Below are positions 10,701 through 20,263 of a stretch of 64,000 nucleotides of DNA, piece after piece; the first letter of the stretch is position 1, and the number at the start of each line of letters is the position of its first letter. The stretch spans positions 186,001 through 250,000 of the forward strand of contig CATNEN010000040.1 in NCBI GenBank assembly GCA_950097015.1, in the 5' to 3' direction. The position numbers and the translations under genes were made by a program. The DNA comes from Macrostomum hystrix (Eukaryota; Animalia; Platyhelminthes). The notes under the pieces were generated by a model, which worked only from the letters and a program-made list of their open reading frames with translations, did no database searches and was not told the origin of the DNA.

Positions 10701-12583
10701 ATGCAGAATCTGAGGAAGACAGGAAAACATAGATTGAGAGGGAGGATAGACTAGGGATTAGGGAGACCAACTCACCAGTCCGCTGTCCGGGGTCCAACTC
10801 ATCGACACAGCAAAGCAGGTCTTCGTCGTTACCGCCGATGCTAAACTCGGCAGCCAAGCTGGCCAGGTCCCTGTCAAGGGCCGCGGCTTCACGGTCTAAG
10901 CTGGACAACACCTCGGCCTGCTTCACCTGCGGGCGGTGGGAGACACTCTTCCTACTGCTCAATAATGCAGGTGAAATCTACTTCTGACTCAGACTACCCA
11001 TCTAATCTACCCTGAATAACTCCAACCCACCTATAATCTGCCTACTTCTCATCTACCTAAACCCTGTCTGCTTCTCATCTACCTAAACCCTGTCTACTTC
11101 TCATCTACCTAAACCCTGTCTGCTTCTCATCTACCTAAACCCTGTCTACTTCTCATCTACCTAAACCCTGTCTACTTCTCATCTACCTAAACCCTGTCTA
11201 CTTCTCATCTACCTAAACCCTGTCTGCTTCTCATCTACCTAAACCCTGTCTACTTCTCATCTACCTAAACCCTGTCTACTTCTCATCTACCTAAACCCTG
11301 TCTACTTCTCATCTACCTAAACCCTGTCTACTTCTCAACTACCTTCACCCTGTCTACTTCTCATCTACCTTCACCCTGTCTGCTTCTCATCTACCTAAAC
11401 CCTGTCTACTTCTCATCTACCTAAACCCTGTCTACTTCTCATCTACATTAACCCTGTCTACTTCTCAACTACCCTCACCCTGTCTACTTCTCATCCACCT
11501 TAACCCTGTCTACTTCTCATCTACATTAACCCTGTCTACTTCTCATCTACATTAACCCTGTCTACTTCTCAACTACCTTCACCCTGTCTGCTTCTCATCC
11601 ACCTTAACCCTGTCTACTTCTCATCCACCTTAACCCTGTCTACTTCTCATCTACATTAACCCTGTCTACTTCTCAACTACCTTCACCCTGTCTGCTTCTC
11701 ATCCACCTTAACCCTGTCTGCTTCTCATCTACCTAAACCCTGTCTACTTCTCATCTACCTAAACCCTGTCTGCTTCTCATCTACATTAACCCTGTCTACT
11801 TCTCAACTACCTTCACCCTGTCTGCTTCTCATCCACCTTAACCCTGTCTACTTCTCATCCACCTTAACCCTGTCTGCTTCTCATCTACCTAAACCCTGTC
11901 TACTTCTCATCTACCTAAACCCTGTCTACTTCTCATCTACCTAAACCCTGTCTGCTTCTCATCTACATTAACCCTGTCTACTTCTCAACTACCTTCACCC
12001 TGTCTGCTTCTCATCCACCTTAACCCTGTCTACTTCTCATCCAATCTATTTAGTAACAACTGTCCACCTTACTTTCCACCTATACTTTCTCTACTTTCTC
12101 CGCATACAAACTGACCTTCATCTCAGCCACCAATCTTTTAATCTCGGCCGGATCGCCGGCTCCATCGCCGCTTCGCCGATGCTGACAGAAGTACTTTAAA
12201 TCTTCGCACAGCAGCCAATAGGGCTGCACTGTGTCCTCGCGGAATATGTCTCGATCCTGCTGCATAGCCATGTCTAGACTCTCCAGCTCGGAGGCAACCG
12301 AATGCAGCTCGCTACCAGGCGGAAATGCCGTCCGCAGGAACTGCTCGGCCTCCTTGGCGTGCCGCACTCTGAGCTTTCGCAGGCGCAGGCACTCCTTCTT
12401 CCAGGCTAATCGGTGCTGCTTCAACAGGTGCCGCTCCTTCCCCTGCGACTGCAGCTCGGCTAGCCGATTGGCCTTCGCCTCTGACGCAGCCGAGCTTCGC
12501 TTCTGAGCTTCCGCCTGCTCCCTCAGGCCGGCATAGTCTATGGGCTTCAGGCGTTTGCGGGCCTGGATCTCGGCCGCGTCCAT
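7781..12583 (-). CDS. CCDC148: Coiled-coil domain-containing protein 148, 5 coding exons, about 612 aa
   Basis: Exons 12116-12583, 10776-10926, 9398-9850, 8770-9143, 7781-8173, all GT-AG with consistent phases (0,1,1,0), total 1839 nt. Motifs KPIDYAGLR, LECPSDDLK, KLRVWRQQKEEEAQLE, QILTDPRVRLEGALRQAGL and STVFK match human CCDC148 as recalled. In-frame TAG upstream of the ATG. Confidence 0.88.
8236..8640. repeat. 25-bp minisatellite (ACCAATCACTCTACTTCTCCCATCT)n in CCDC148 intron 4
   Basis: Unit read directly. Confidence 0.92.
9950..10675. repeat. 56-bp (sometimes 60-bp) minisatellite in CCDC148 intron 2
   Basis: Unit ATTAGGTAGATAGTTGCGGGATACTAGGGTAGATAGAAGGGTAGATAAGGACAGAC read directly. 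Confidence 0.93.
11040..12045. repeat. 26-bp minisatellite (CTACTTCTCATCTACCTAAACCCTGT)n in CCDC148 intron 1, about 38 copies
   Basis: Unit read directly. Confidence 0.95.
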
Positions 12584-12699
12584 GGCTTTGGCTTCGGCTG
12601 CTTCCTAGACTGCGCCTGCTGGCAAACTCTGCTGTAAGTGATGGAAAAGTTAACTGACTCAACATCCTGCCTGGTGTGTTGATGCTGCACTTCTCTCAC

Positions 12700-13300
12700 C
12701 TGTCCTCAGGTAGGCTATCAGAAACCCTACTTATCTCTCACCTGTCCTCGGCTAGGCTATAAATACCCTAGTTATCTCTTATCTTTCCTCAGGTAGGCTA
12801 TCAGAAACCCTACTTATCTCTCACCTGTCCTCGGCTAGGCTATAAATACCCTACTTATCTCTTATCTTTCCTCAGGTAGGCTATCAGAAACCCTACTTAT
12901 CTCTCACCTTGTCCTCGGCTAGGCTATAAATACCCTACTTATCTCTTATCTTTCCTCAGGTAACCCTACTTACTTCTCGCCTGCCTGCAGGTAGGCAATC
13001 AGAAACCCTACTTATCACCCTACTTATCTCTCGCCTGCCCTCAGGTAGGCGATCAGATGACTTGACTTAGCTGCAGGGGGCATCCTTCGGATGCAGCGGG
13101 GAGGCGTTGCCGCCCATTCCGCTAGCCCCAGGCGACCATGGGCAACTAAAGCTGCGGTGTCGCGCAGGGGGATCTAGGCGATCAGATACCCCCACTTATC
13201 TCTCGCCTGCCCTCAGGTAGGCTATCAGATACCCCCACTTATCTCTCGCGTCTCCTCAGGTGGGTTATTAGATATCCCATTTAACTCACACATGCCCTCA
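12700..13300. repeat. Dimeric 83-bp (42+41) repeat upstream of CCDC148, with dispersed related ~40-bp units out to ~13300
   Basis: CCTCAGG recurs at 12704, 12787, 12870 and 12954. Confidence 0.85.
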
Positions 13301-14438
13301 GGTAGGGTTGAGAAGAAAAGACCATAAAAGGCAAAAAAAATTTTAAAAATTGTTTTTTAGCATACATTTATTATCAAATCAAAACATTCCTTAACTTAAA
13401 AGCGGGACAGTCGTAATATTTTACGAGTATAAAGTATTGAATAAAAAATCGAATTGTTTGATTTATACGTAGAACAGATGCTAACACGAGAGTAGATAAT
13501 TGAGACTGGAGTATATTTTAAGTCTTAGATAGAGTAACAGCCAGAAAAAATAAAGGAGGTACGCAGACGTACATCCTACATTGAATAAAACTCGTGTTTC
13601 ATTAAAAAACGTGAATCATAAAACACACACATTTATTTTACAAGCAGGGTTTCCTCTTATGTCCGGATCAAAATATTTGCACTTCAGGGATAAAAAGTTT
13701 AGAAAAGAACTACTGCAAGTAGTCAAGATAGCAAGTAGTGTGAAAAGTTATTCTAAAAAAAAGAAAAACATCCTGGATTAGGTGTAAGTGCGCGGAATAT
13801 TATTCAGGAATGAAAACCATTGATAGATGAGAAAAGTAATTCAATCAAAACTTTAAAAAGAATCATTTTGTGATACGCATGCTCTAACTTGACAACTGTA
13901 AGTAGGCACTAAAATAACTGACCGAATTCGCATGATTAACAAATGTAATACAAACTATATAGCAGGCCTGTGAATTATGAGCAGCTTAATCAGCACAGAA
14001 ACTAAAACCACACAGACAGACCAACTGCTAATGTAACGGCATCGGTGGCGGCAGTTCATGTGCATTAAAAAATTACTTTAGGTGCTTTCCGTGTGTTGTT
14101 CTTGATTTATTTGCTTAGTTTACAGAATTTTTGCTGTTCTTTTTAAAAAGCCTCTTAGTTTTGTACTACTTGTAGTAGCAAAAGCCAAATAGCTGCTTGT
14201 TTTTAATGAATCGGTACACAAGGAAAGCAAGTTTGTCATAACATAATTAATTTTTATTGAAATCGGTAGCAGCGACGCAGCGGTGGAATATCGGTACAAA
14301 AACAGTGTTTGATACACCCGTCTATAGACATGAATTATTAGGAAGACTTAGATACAACGAGGGATCTTCTGATATTGATGTTTTGAAACAGTAAAGGTGT
14401 CACCATAGACATGCTCGTGTCCGTAGCCGCCACGTAAT

Positions 14439-16142
14439 TCAATTCTCTTCCACGTAGTTAGCCGGGAACATGCCCTGCCTGTTCTCGATGGAGCCCAGCC
14501 ACCAACCGTCGTCAATCTTCTGCAACAGATTGATCACGTCTCCAGCCGCGAAGGACAATTCGTCCTCATCCTCGGCTGTGTAATCGTAGAGAGCGGTGCA
14601 AGTGGCGCCACCGGCAGTGTTGGGAGATGCCACTGGTTCGGGTTCTGGTTTGTACTGCTGCGGTTCAGGTTCCGGTTCGTACTGCTGCGGTTCGGGTTCC
14701 GGTTCGTACTGCTGCGGTTCGGGTTCCGGTTCGTACTGCTGCGGTTCGGGTTCCGGTTCGTACTGCTGCGGTTCGGGTTCCGGTTCGTACTGCTGCGGTT
14801 CAGGTTCCGGTTCGTACTGCTGCGGTTCGGGTTCCGGTTCGTACTGCTGCGGTTCGGGTTCCGGTTCGTACTGCTGCGGTTCGGGTTCCGGTTCGTACTG
14901 CTGCGGTTCAGGTTCCGGTTCGTACTGCTGCGGTTCGGGTTCCGGTTCGTACTGCTGCGGTTCGGGTTCCGTTTTGTAACGAGGCTGCGGTTTGTGCTCA
15001 GGCTGAGGCTGAGCTGGTTCTGCCTCTCTCTTGGCTGGGGCTTCCCAACCAACGGCACTTTTATCCTGACGGTCGTTATGCACGCCGTACTTTCCGCCGA
15101 AACCCTTCGAAGCGTCCGTCTGGGAGGCATGCAGCTGCGATTGCTCCCTGTGATCGTAGCCAACTGCGCTCTTGTCCTGCCTATCGCTCTGTACTCCGTA
15201 CTTTCCACCGAAACCTTTGGCAGCATCAGTTTGGGATTCGTGCAGCTCACGCTTCTCCTGATGATCCCAACCGACAGCGCTTTTATCCTTGCGATCGCTC
15301 TGAACTCCGTACTTTCCACCGAAGCCTTTGGCGGCATCAGTTTGTGATTCATGCAGCTCACGCTTCTCGTGATGATCCCAGCCGACAGCACTTTTATCCT
15401 TGCGATCAGTCTGAACGCCGTACTTTCCACCGAAGCCTTTGGCGGCATCAGTTTGTGATTCATGCAGCTCACGCTTCTCGTGATGATCCCAACCGACAGC
15501 ACTTTTATCCTTGCGATCGCTCTGTACTCCGAACTTTCCACCGAAGCCCTTGGCAGCATCAGTTTGGGATTCATGCAGCTCACGCTTCTCCTGATGATCC
15601 CAACCAACAGCACTTTTATCCTTGCGATCAGTTTGAACGCCATACTTTCCGCCAAAACCTTTTGCGGCATCAGTTTGGGATTCATGCAATTGTCGCTTCT
15701 CCTGATGATCCCAACCGACAGCACTTTTATCCTTGCGATCAGTCTGAACGCCATACTTTCCGCCAAAGCCCTTGGCGGCATCAGTCTGGGACTGGTGCAG
15801 CTGCTTCTGTGCCTGATAATCGTGCGCCACAGCACTCTTATCCATGCGATCCTTCTCAACGCCAAACTGGCCACCATAGCCATAGGAGGCCTTTGGCCCC
15901 GAGTCCAACTGACGCTTCTTCTCGGCGCTGTCATCGTGGATCACCTTATCACGGAGCTGGGCTATGTTGACATCAGACTGGCGGCCCGAACCTGCCACCG
16001 TCTTGGAGCCCCAGCGTTGTTCCTTCTCACTGACATCGTTCTCAAAGTCCGCTTCAGTCTCCCAGTCGTCATCAGCGTCATCTTTGCTGGCACTGGCATT
16101 ATTGACATTGTGGCCAGCTTGGGACTTCCACAGGTTAGACAT
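14439..16142 (-). CDS. CTTN: Cortactin, intronless CDS, 567 aa: acidic N-terminus with DDW, 7.5 cortactin repeats, 12x [11 protein letters not shown]3
   Basis: [11 protein letters not shown]...[26 protein letters not shown]; 37-aa repeats [21 protein letters not shown]; C-terminal SH3 [15 protein letters not shown]...WWLG...[12 protein letters not shown] at 16140-16142. Confidence 0.97.
   Translation of the reverse strand: MSNLWKSQAGHNVNNASASKDDADDDWETEADFENDVSEKEQRWGSKTVAGSGRQSDVNIAQLRDKVIHDDSAEKKRQLDSGPKASYGYGGQFGVEKDRMDKSAVAHDYQAQKQLHQSQTDAAKGFGGKYGVQTDRKDKSAVGWDHQEKRQLHESQTDAAKGFGGKYGVQTDRKDKSAVGWDHQEKRELHESQTDAAKGFGGKFGVQSDRKDKSAVGWDHHEKRELHESQTDAAKGFGGKYGVQTDRKDKSAVGWDHHEKRELHESQTDAAKGFGGKYGVQSDRKDKSAVGWDHQEKRELHESQTDAAKGFGGKYGVQSDRQDKSAVGYDHREQSQLHASQTDASKGFGGKYGVHNDRQDKSAVGWEAPAKREAEPAQPQPEHKPQPRYKTEPEPQQYEPEPEPQQYEPEPEPQQYEPEPEPQQYEPEPEPQQYEPEPEPQQYEPEPEPQQYEPEPEPQQYEPEPEPQQYEPEPEPQQYEPEPEPQQYEPEPEPQQYKPEPEPVASPNTAGGATCTALYDYTAEDEDELSFAAGDVINLLQKIDDGWWLGSIENRQGMFPANYVEEN
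14635..14970 (-). repeat. In-frame 27-bp coding minisatellite, 12 copies, encoding QQYEPEPEP
   Basis: Counted from the sequence and ORF track. Confidence 0.95.
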
Positions 16143-17315
16143 GTTGGGTGCTGTGATATAACTGTAGTGTTTTGTTGGAAAATTGTGTTGAATAATTATA
16201 ATGTAAGTGATGACCAAAAATTTATGAATTTATTTGTTTCTCATTTAATAAATCTATGTTGATTTTAAAAAATTGGTTAGGCCAATGGCTATTTTCTTTT
16301 CTTTTCAAAGACATTTAGTTCTGAAATATTATAAATATTGTCACCTTTTTCACTTTTTACTTTTATATGCTATTTATATCTATAAAACAAAAAACATGTC
16401 TTTTCATTATATAATAGGAGTAAAAGGGATTGCTCATCCCTATATTTCATAATCTAGTGAAGTACAAACAAATCCTAAAATTATCTACAAAGTTTTATGA
16501 TGATAATGCTCAGCTCATCTACCATCCACATGTCAGTTTGCCAAATAACACTGGCACTGAATGCTAGTACAATAATTGTGAAATTATTCACATGGTTCCA
16601 TGACAATTGCTAATACCTAACTTACTGTACTATATGGTCGGTTATCTGAATTATGATCCTGTTAAAAAAAGCCAATATGTTGCTAAAGTTATTAAATAGA
16701 AAAAAATCAATCAAATTTAAAAATGTTGATGCTTTAAATACATTAAACATAATAATTATAAACAGTCCTTATCAGAGAATAATTATATCAACCTCATCAT
16801 GCCTCAGGGAGCAAGAGATTAATTTCAACAGAGAGAGAGGGCTATGATATATTTGAGCTCACTTATGTCTTGGACAGTTAGCTTTGCACAGGACTTAATT
16901 ACTTTAAGTAAAAAAGTAGCTTCAGTAAAATCTAGCTTTTACTGAAGATCTTCTCTGAAAATAGACTACGAGCAAATAGTATACAAAAAGTCCATAGATC
17001 TAATGCACTTAAAATTCATTTGGAAAAGGGTGCAATTTTGAGTGCCCTACTTTTGTCTCTGTCTTGATTTTTTTTATTATGAGCTCAGAATTTTTGCACA
17101 ATACTGTGCACAAAACTCATTTCTCTTAGACTTCTTTGTCTAGTCTAAGCACTATACAAGTAAATAATAAGAAATTAAAAATGACTTTATAATGAAAATT
17201 ATATATTTCACATAATAATTACTCAATAAATTATAAAAAGCAAAAAATACGAGTTTGAAACAGAAATAAGACATACAAGCCCCTTGTGAATTATACACAT
17301 TATACACAATATACT

Positions 17316-18556
17316 AAGGAAGTGCTTATTCCCATGGTCCCATGCCAATAATTTCAATTTTATCCACACAGATCTGTGCCAATAATTTTCTGCTTATCCA
17401 CACGGCAGCTTGTATGAATAGATCTACTTTCAAGTCTCTGCCTATTCTTCTCTGAGCATAAGGCTTTTGCTTCAGAGTATAGTGTATAGTGTACATGTAC
17501 ACTATCAATGCATAGTGTAAAATAATAACAATGATGTATAATATGTGTGACGAGTTTGGTGCTGACTAGAATTCTGCTGGTTGACTTTCTTGATTGATTG
17601 AGAAATTGATTTTCTTTGATAGACTTCTTACTTTTTAATTCAATACAATTTGAATGAAAACACATAGAGATGACAAAAGATTTAGTAAGTTGTTATTACA
17701 ATTATAATTAAAAAGGATGACATTAATGTTGGTTAATGAATGTGTAGGTCGAATTGTAGAACACTTTTGTAACACACTGGCAACTTTGTTGGTAACAGGA
17801 CAATTCGGTAACAGACAATTCGGTAACAGACAGTTCGGTAACACCACAGGACAGTTCGGTAACACCACAGGACAGTTCGGTAACATATCAAGGGACAGTT
17901 CGGTAACAATTGATTAACCTAGCTTGTAGAAGCCAAGGTTACCGCTTTGCGCCCTCTGATTGAGTCGATTGTGATAACCTTCCAGGCCATTGTTGGTTCA
18001 AATGCTGCGGTTGAAAATGCTAACTTCGTCGAGCTGCCAGACATGACTGTGGATCCACGTGTTAGCGATGTACTCACAGAGTGCGCTCAGCTGCTCATTT
18101 TCTACTGCCTGTTGCAACCTAGCATCGTTGCTAGTCCTAGCAACAATAGTAGATACATTGTTAGAACAAACCTAGATTGATTTTATTGACTTTCAATTGT
18201 TACCGAACTGTCTCCTGTATGTTACCGAACTGTCTCCTGTATGTTACCGAACTGTCCTTGAGTGTTACCGAACTGTCTGTTACCGAACTGTCTGTTACCG
18301 AACTGTCCTGTATTCACTTTGTCAATCTATTGGCTTGAGGGTTCAACAAAATGTTCAAACCCGAAAGGGCCTCGTTTCAAAAAACAGAACCAACCATGTG
18401 GATAAAATTGAAATTAACATCACAGCATATTTATGTAAAGAGTTTTAGACTTATTCATACAAGTTGCCGTGTGGATAAGCAGAAAATTATTGGCATGGAT
18501 CTATGTGGATAAAATTGAAATTATCGGCACGGGACCATGGGAATAAGCTCTGCCAT
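17316..18556. mobile_element. Non-autonomous TIR element (MITE-like) with ~105-bp inverted arms
   Basis: 17322-17425 (GCTTATTCCCATGGTCCCATGCCAATAATTTCAATTTTATCCACA...) is the reverse complement of 18445-18548; no transposase ORF between them. Confidence 0.8.
17796..18310. mobile_element. Foldback-type MITE nested in the previous element; each arm has six copies of ACA(G/A)TTCGGTAAC
   Basis: Six motif copies at 17800-17910 and six inverted copies at 18198-18306; termini CAGGAC...GTCCTG. Confidence 0.85.
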
Positions 18557-18564
18557 ACACTAAA

Positions 18565-18826
18565 GGTTGTAGCCTGGTGATTAGAGCATTGGACTCACAA
18601 CTTAAAGGTCAGGGGTTAGACTCTTGACCCCACTGGAAGAATTTGAGGCCTTTAGCAAGATACTTACTCTGCAATACATTGCTTCAGTTCACCCAGCTGT
18701 TAAATGGGTACCATCATCAGCTGGGTAATTGAGAGTGGGTGTGGGTGTCTGACAGTCCCCTAGTCAGCTCTGGCCGAAATCATCATAGGCCTATTCTAAA
18801 TCATCATATGAGGGTTGTAAAAAAAA
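18565..18826 (+). mobile_element. Full-length CORE-like SINE copy with a different 3' tail
   Basis: Degenerate A/B boxes, core CTTTAGCAAGATACTTACTCTGCAATACATTGCTTCAGTTCACCCAGCTGTTAAATGGGTACC, A-rich end. Confidence 0.75.
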
Positions 18827-19374
18827 TAACAACATTATCTAAATTGTCATATTGTCCGCATTGGACAATGTGACATTAATGAAGTTGTCATATTGTTATT
18901 TTATTTGCTCCACAAACAGCTGTGTTGTTGAAAGCATAAGCAAAGTGAAGCATACATTTTTGACCTTGTCTCACTTGGCTCTACAAAAATAATGTCATTT
19001 GAGCCACTCAAAGTACATTGCACATTACATAACATGTGCACTAAATTTCGTTCAGCATGTAGCTATGTACATGTAACACAAACGTGCCATTCTATTGCAT
19101 TGTCATGATTTGCAATATTTGCATATTGCATTTGTCTGTTCATTGTGCCTACCTAACACTTTTATTGGTGCTTTTTTATTGACATTTACTTTTAACTGCC
19201 TTTAAATCAATTAATTGTTTGAATTATGCATCATCAAATATTCAAATCACATTCATAATTAAAATGTGCAACGAACAAATAGTCAAGATCGTCATTTTAA
19301 ATTGAATATTGTGACACTTTTGCGCAAATCGTAATCATCATATGACGTTTTAGAATATGACGATTTGATCTGTA

Positions 19375-19458
19375 CCCCCCTAGTCCATGGACTGAACAGC
19401 TGTACAGCCTTTAGATGCGCCGCGCAGCAGCTGCGTCTGTGCTGTCGGCTGCACATCC
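19375..19458 (+). mobile_element. Isolated 3' tail fragment of the SINE at 1262-1525
   Basis: AGTCCATGGACTGAACAGC...GATGCGCCGCGC...TGTGCTGTCGGCTGCACATC matches the reverse complement of 1268-1345. Confidence 0.75.
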
Positions 19459-20018
19459 TTAGTCCCTTCGTCAACTGTCGTTTTGTCAAATGGTTTACGA
19501 AGTGACTAGAATAAAGGGTGCCCTAATCTGTAGTTGACGAAGTGACCAGAATTGCCTAGGTTAGAAATCCGTGGTTGACAAAGTGACCAAGCTTTCTTGA
19601 CTGTTTCTTCAACTAGTTTTCAACTAGCCGAAGTGACCAGCACCCGCACATGTGACCCACTTGGGGCAGTTAAAATAATTGTTATTCTTAATTGTTCTAC
19701 ACTTACTTAGAGCTTGAGATGTGGGTTTCATGGAAATACGGTATTAAAAATATAATTTGAAAAAGTAACTGTCACGGCCTGGCATAAAACAACGGCATGA
19801 AATTTTGACTACTTTGACTGCCTCGCAGTGGTATATTGTATATTGGGTGCAAGAAGATTAAGCTGCGTACTTCTCATAATGTTTTTTAAACCTAGTTAGC
19901 ATGGACATTGCGGAAAGTTTTTTCGCCATCAACAGTTGGGCTTGTTGACTACTTTTAAACTATTAAACGAGTTGTGACTCAAAATTACAGCTATCATTAA
20001 AATAAAAAGCATTGTTTG

Positions 20019-20026
20019 TGACGTCA
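20019..20026. promoter_or_regulatory. Palindromic CRE (TGACGTCA) about 240 bp upstream of the LASP start codon; second copy at 26393-26400
   Basis: Exact match only; function not shown. Confidence 0.3.
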
Positions 20027-20263
20027 TTTTTGTGAACTTTTTTAAAAGTTTAGAGGATCCAGCAACCATAAGTTTTTCTCCTGACATTTCATCTTGCTGT
20101 TATGCCAACGAGGCACCAAAGTTAATTAAGTTAATAAATTATTTTGCTGTCCTTTAAGTTTATATTAAACAGCATACTAGGCCCATTTAAATAATTAAGA
20201 ACCGACTGTCAACAATTAAATCTTTATCTCCTAGTAAATATTAACATTTTAAACTAGTTTAAA

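Noticed and set aside
11040-12045. Telomere-like CCTAAACCCT / TTAACCCT within the 26-bp unit
   Set aside because: Never tandem as a 6-7 bp telomeric repeat; it is a single fragment inside a longer unit.
14534-16262. Long alternative-frame and antisense ORFs over cortactin; similar ones over CDT1, USP10, ALDH4A1 and CCDC148 exons
   Set aside because: Shadows of GC-rich or repetitive real coding sequence with no recognisable domains.
17796-18310. Repeat-spacer pattern resembling a CRISPR array
   Set aside because: 13-bp repeats with 2-10 bp spacers, mirrored as inverted arms, no cas genes, eukaryotic context. No other array has unique spacers.
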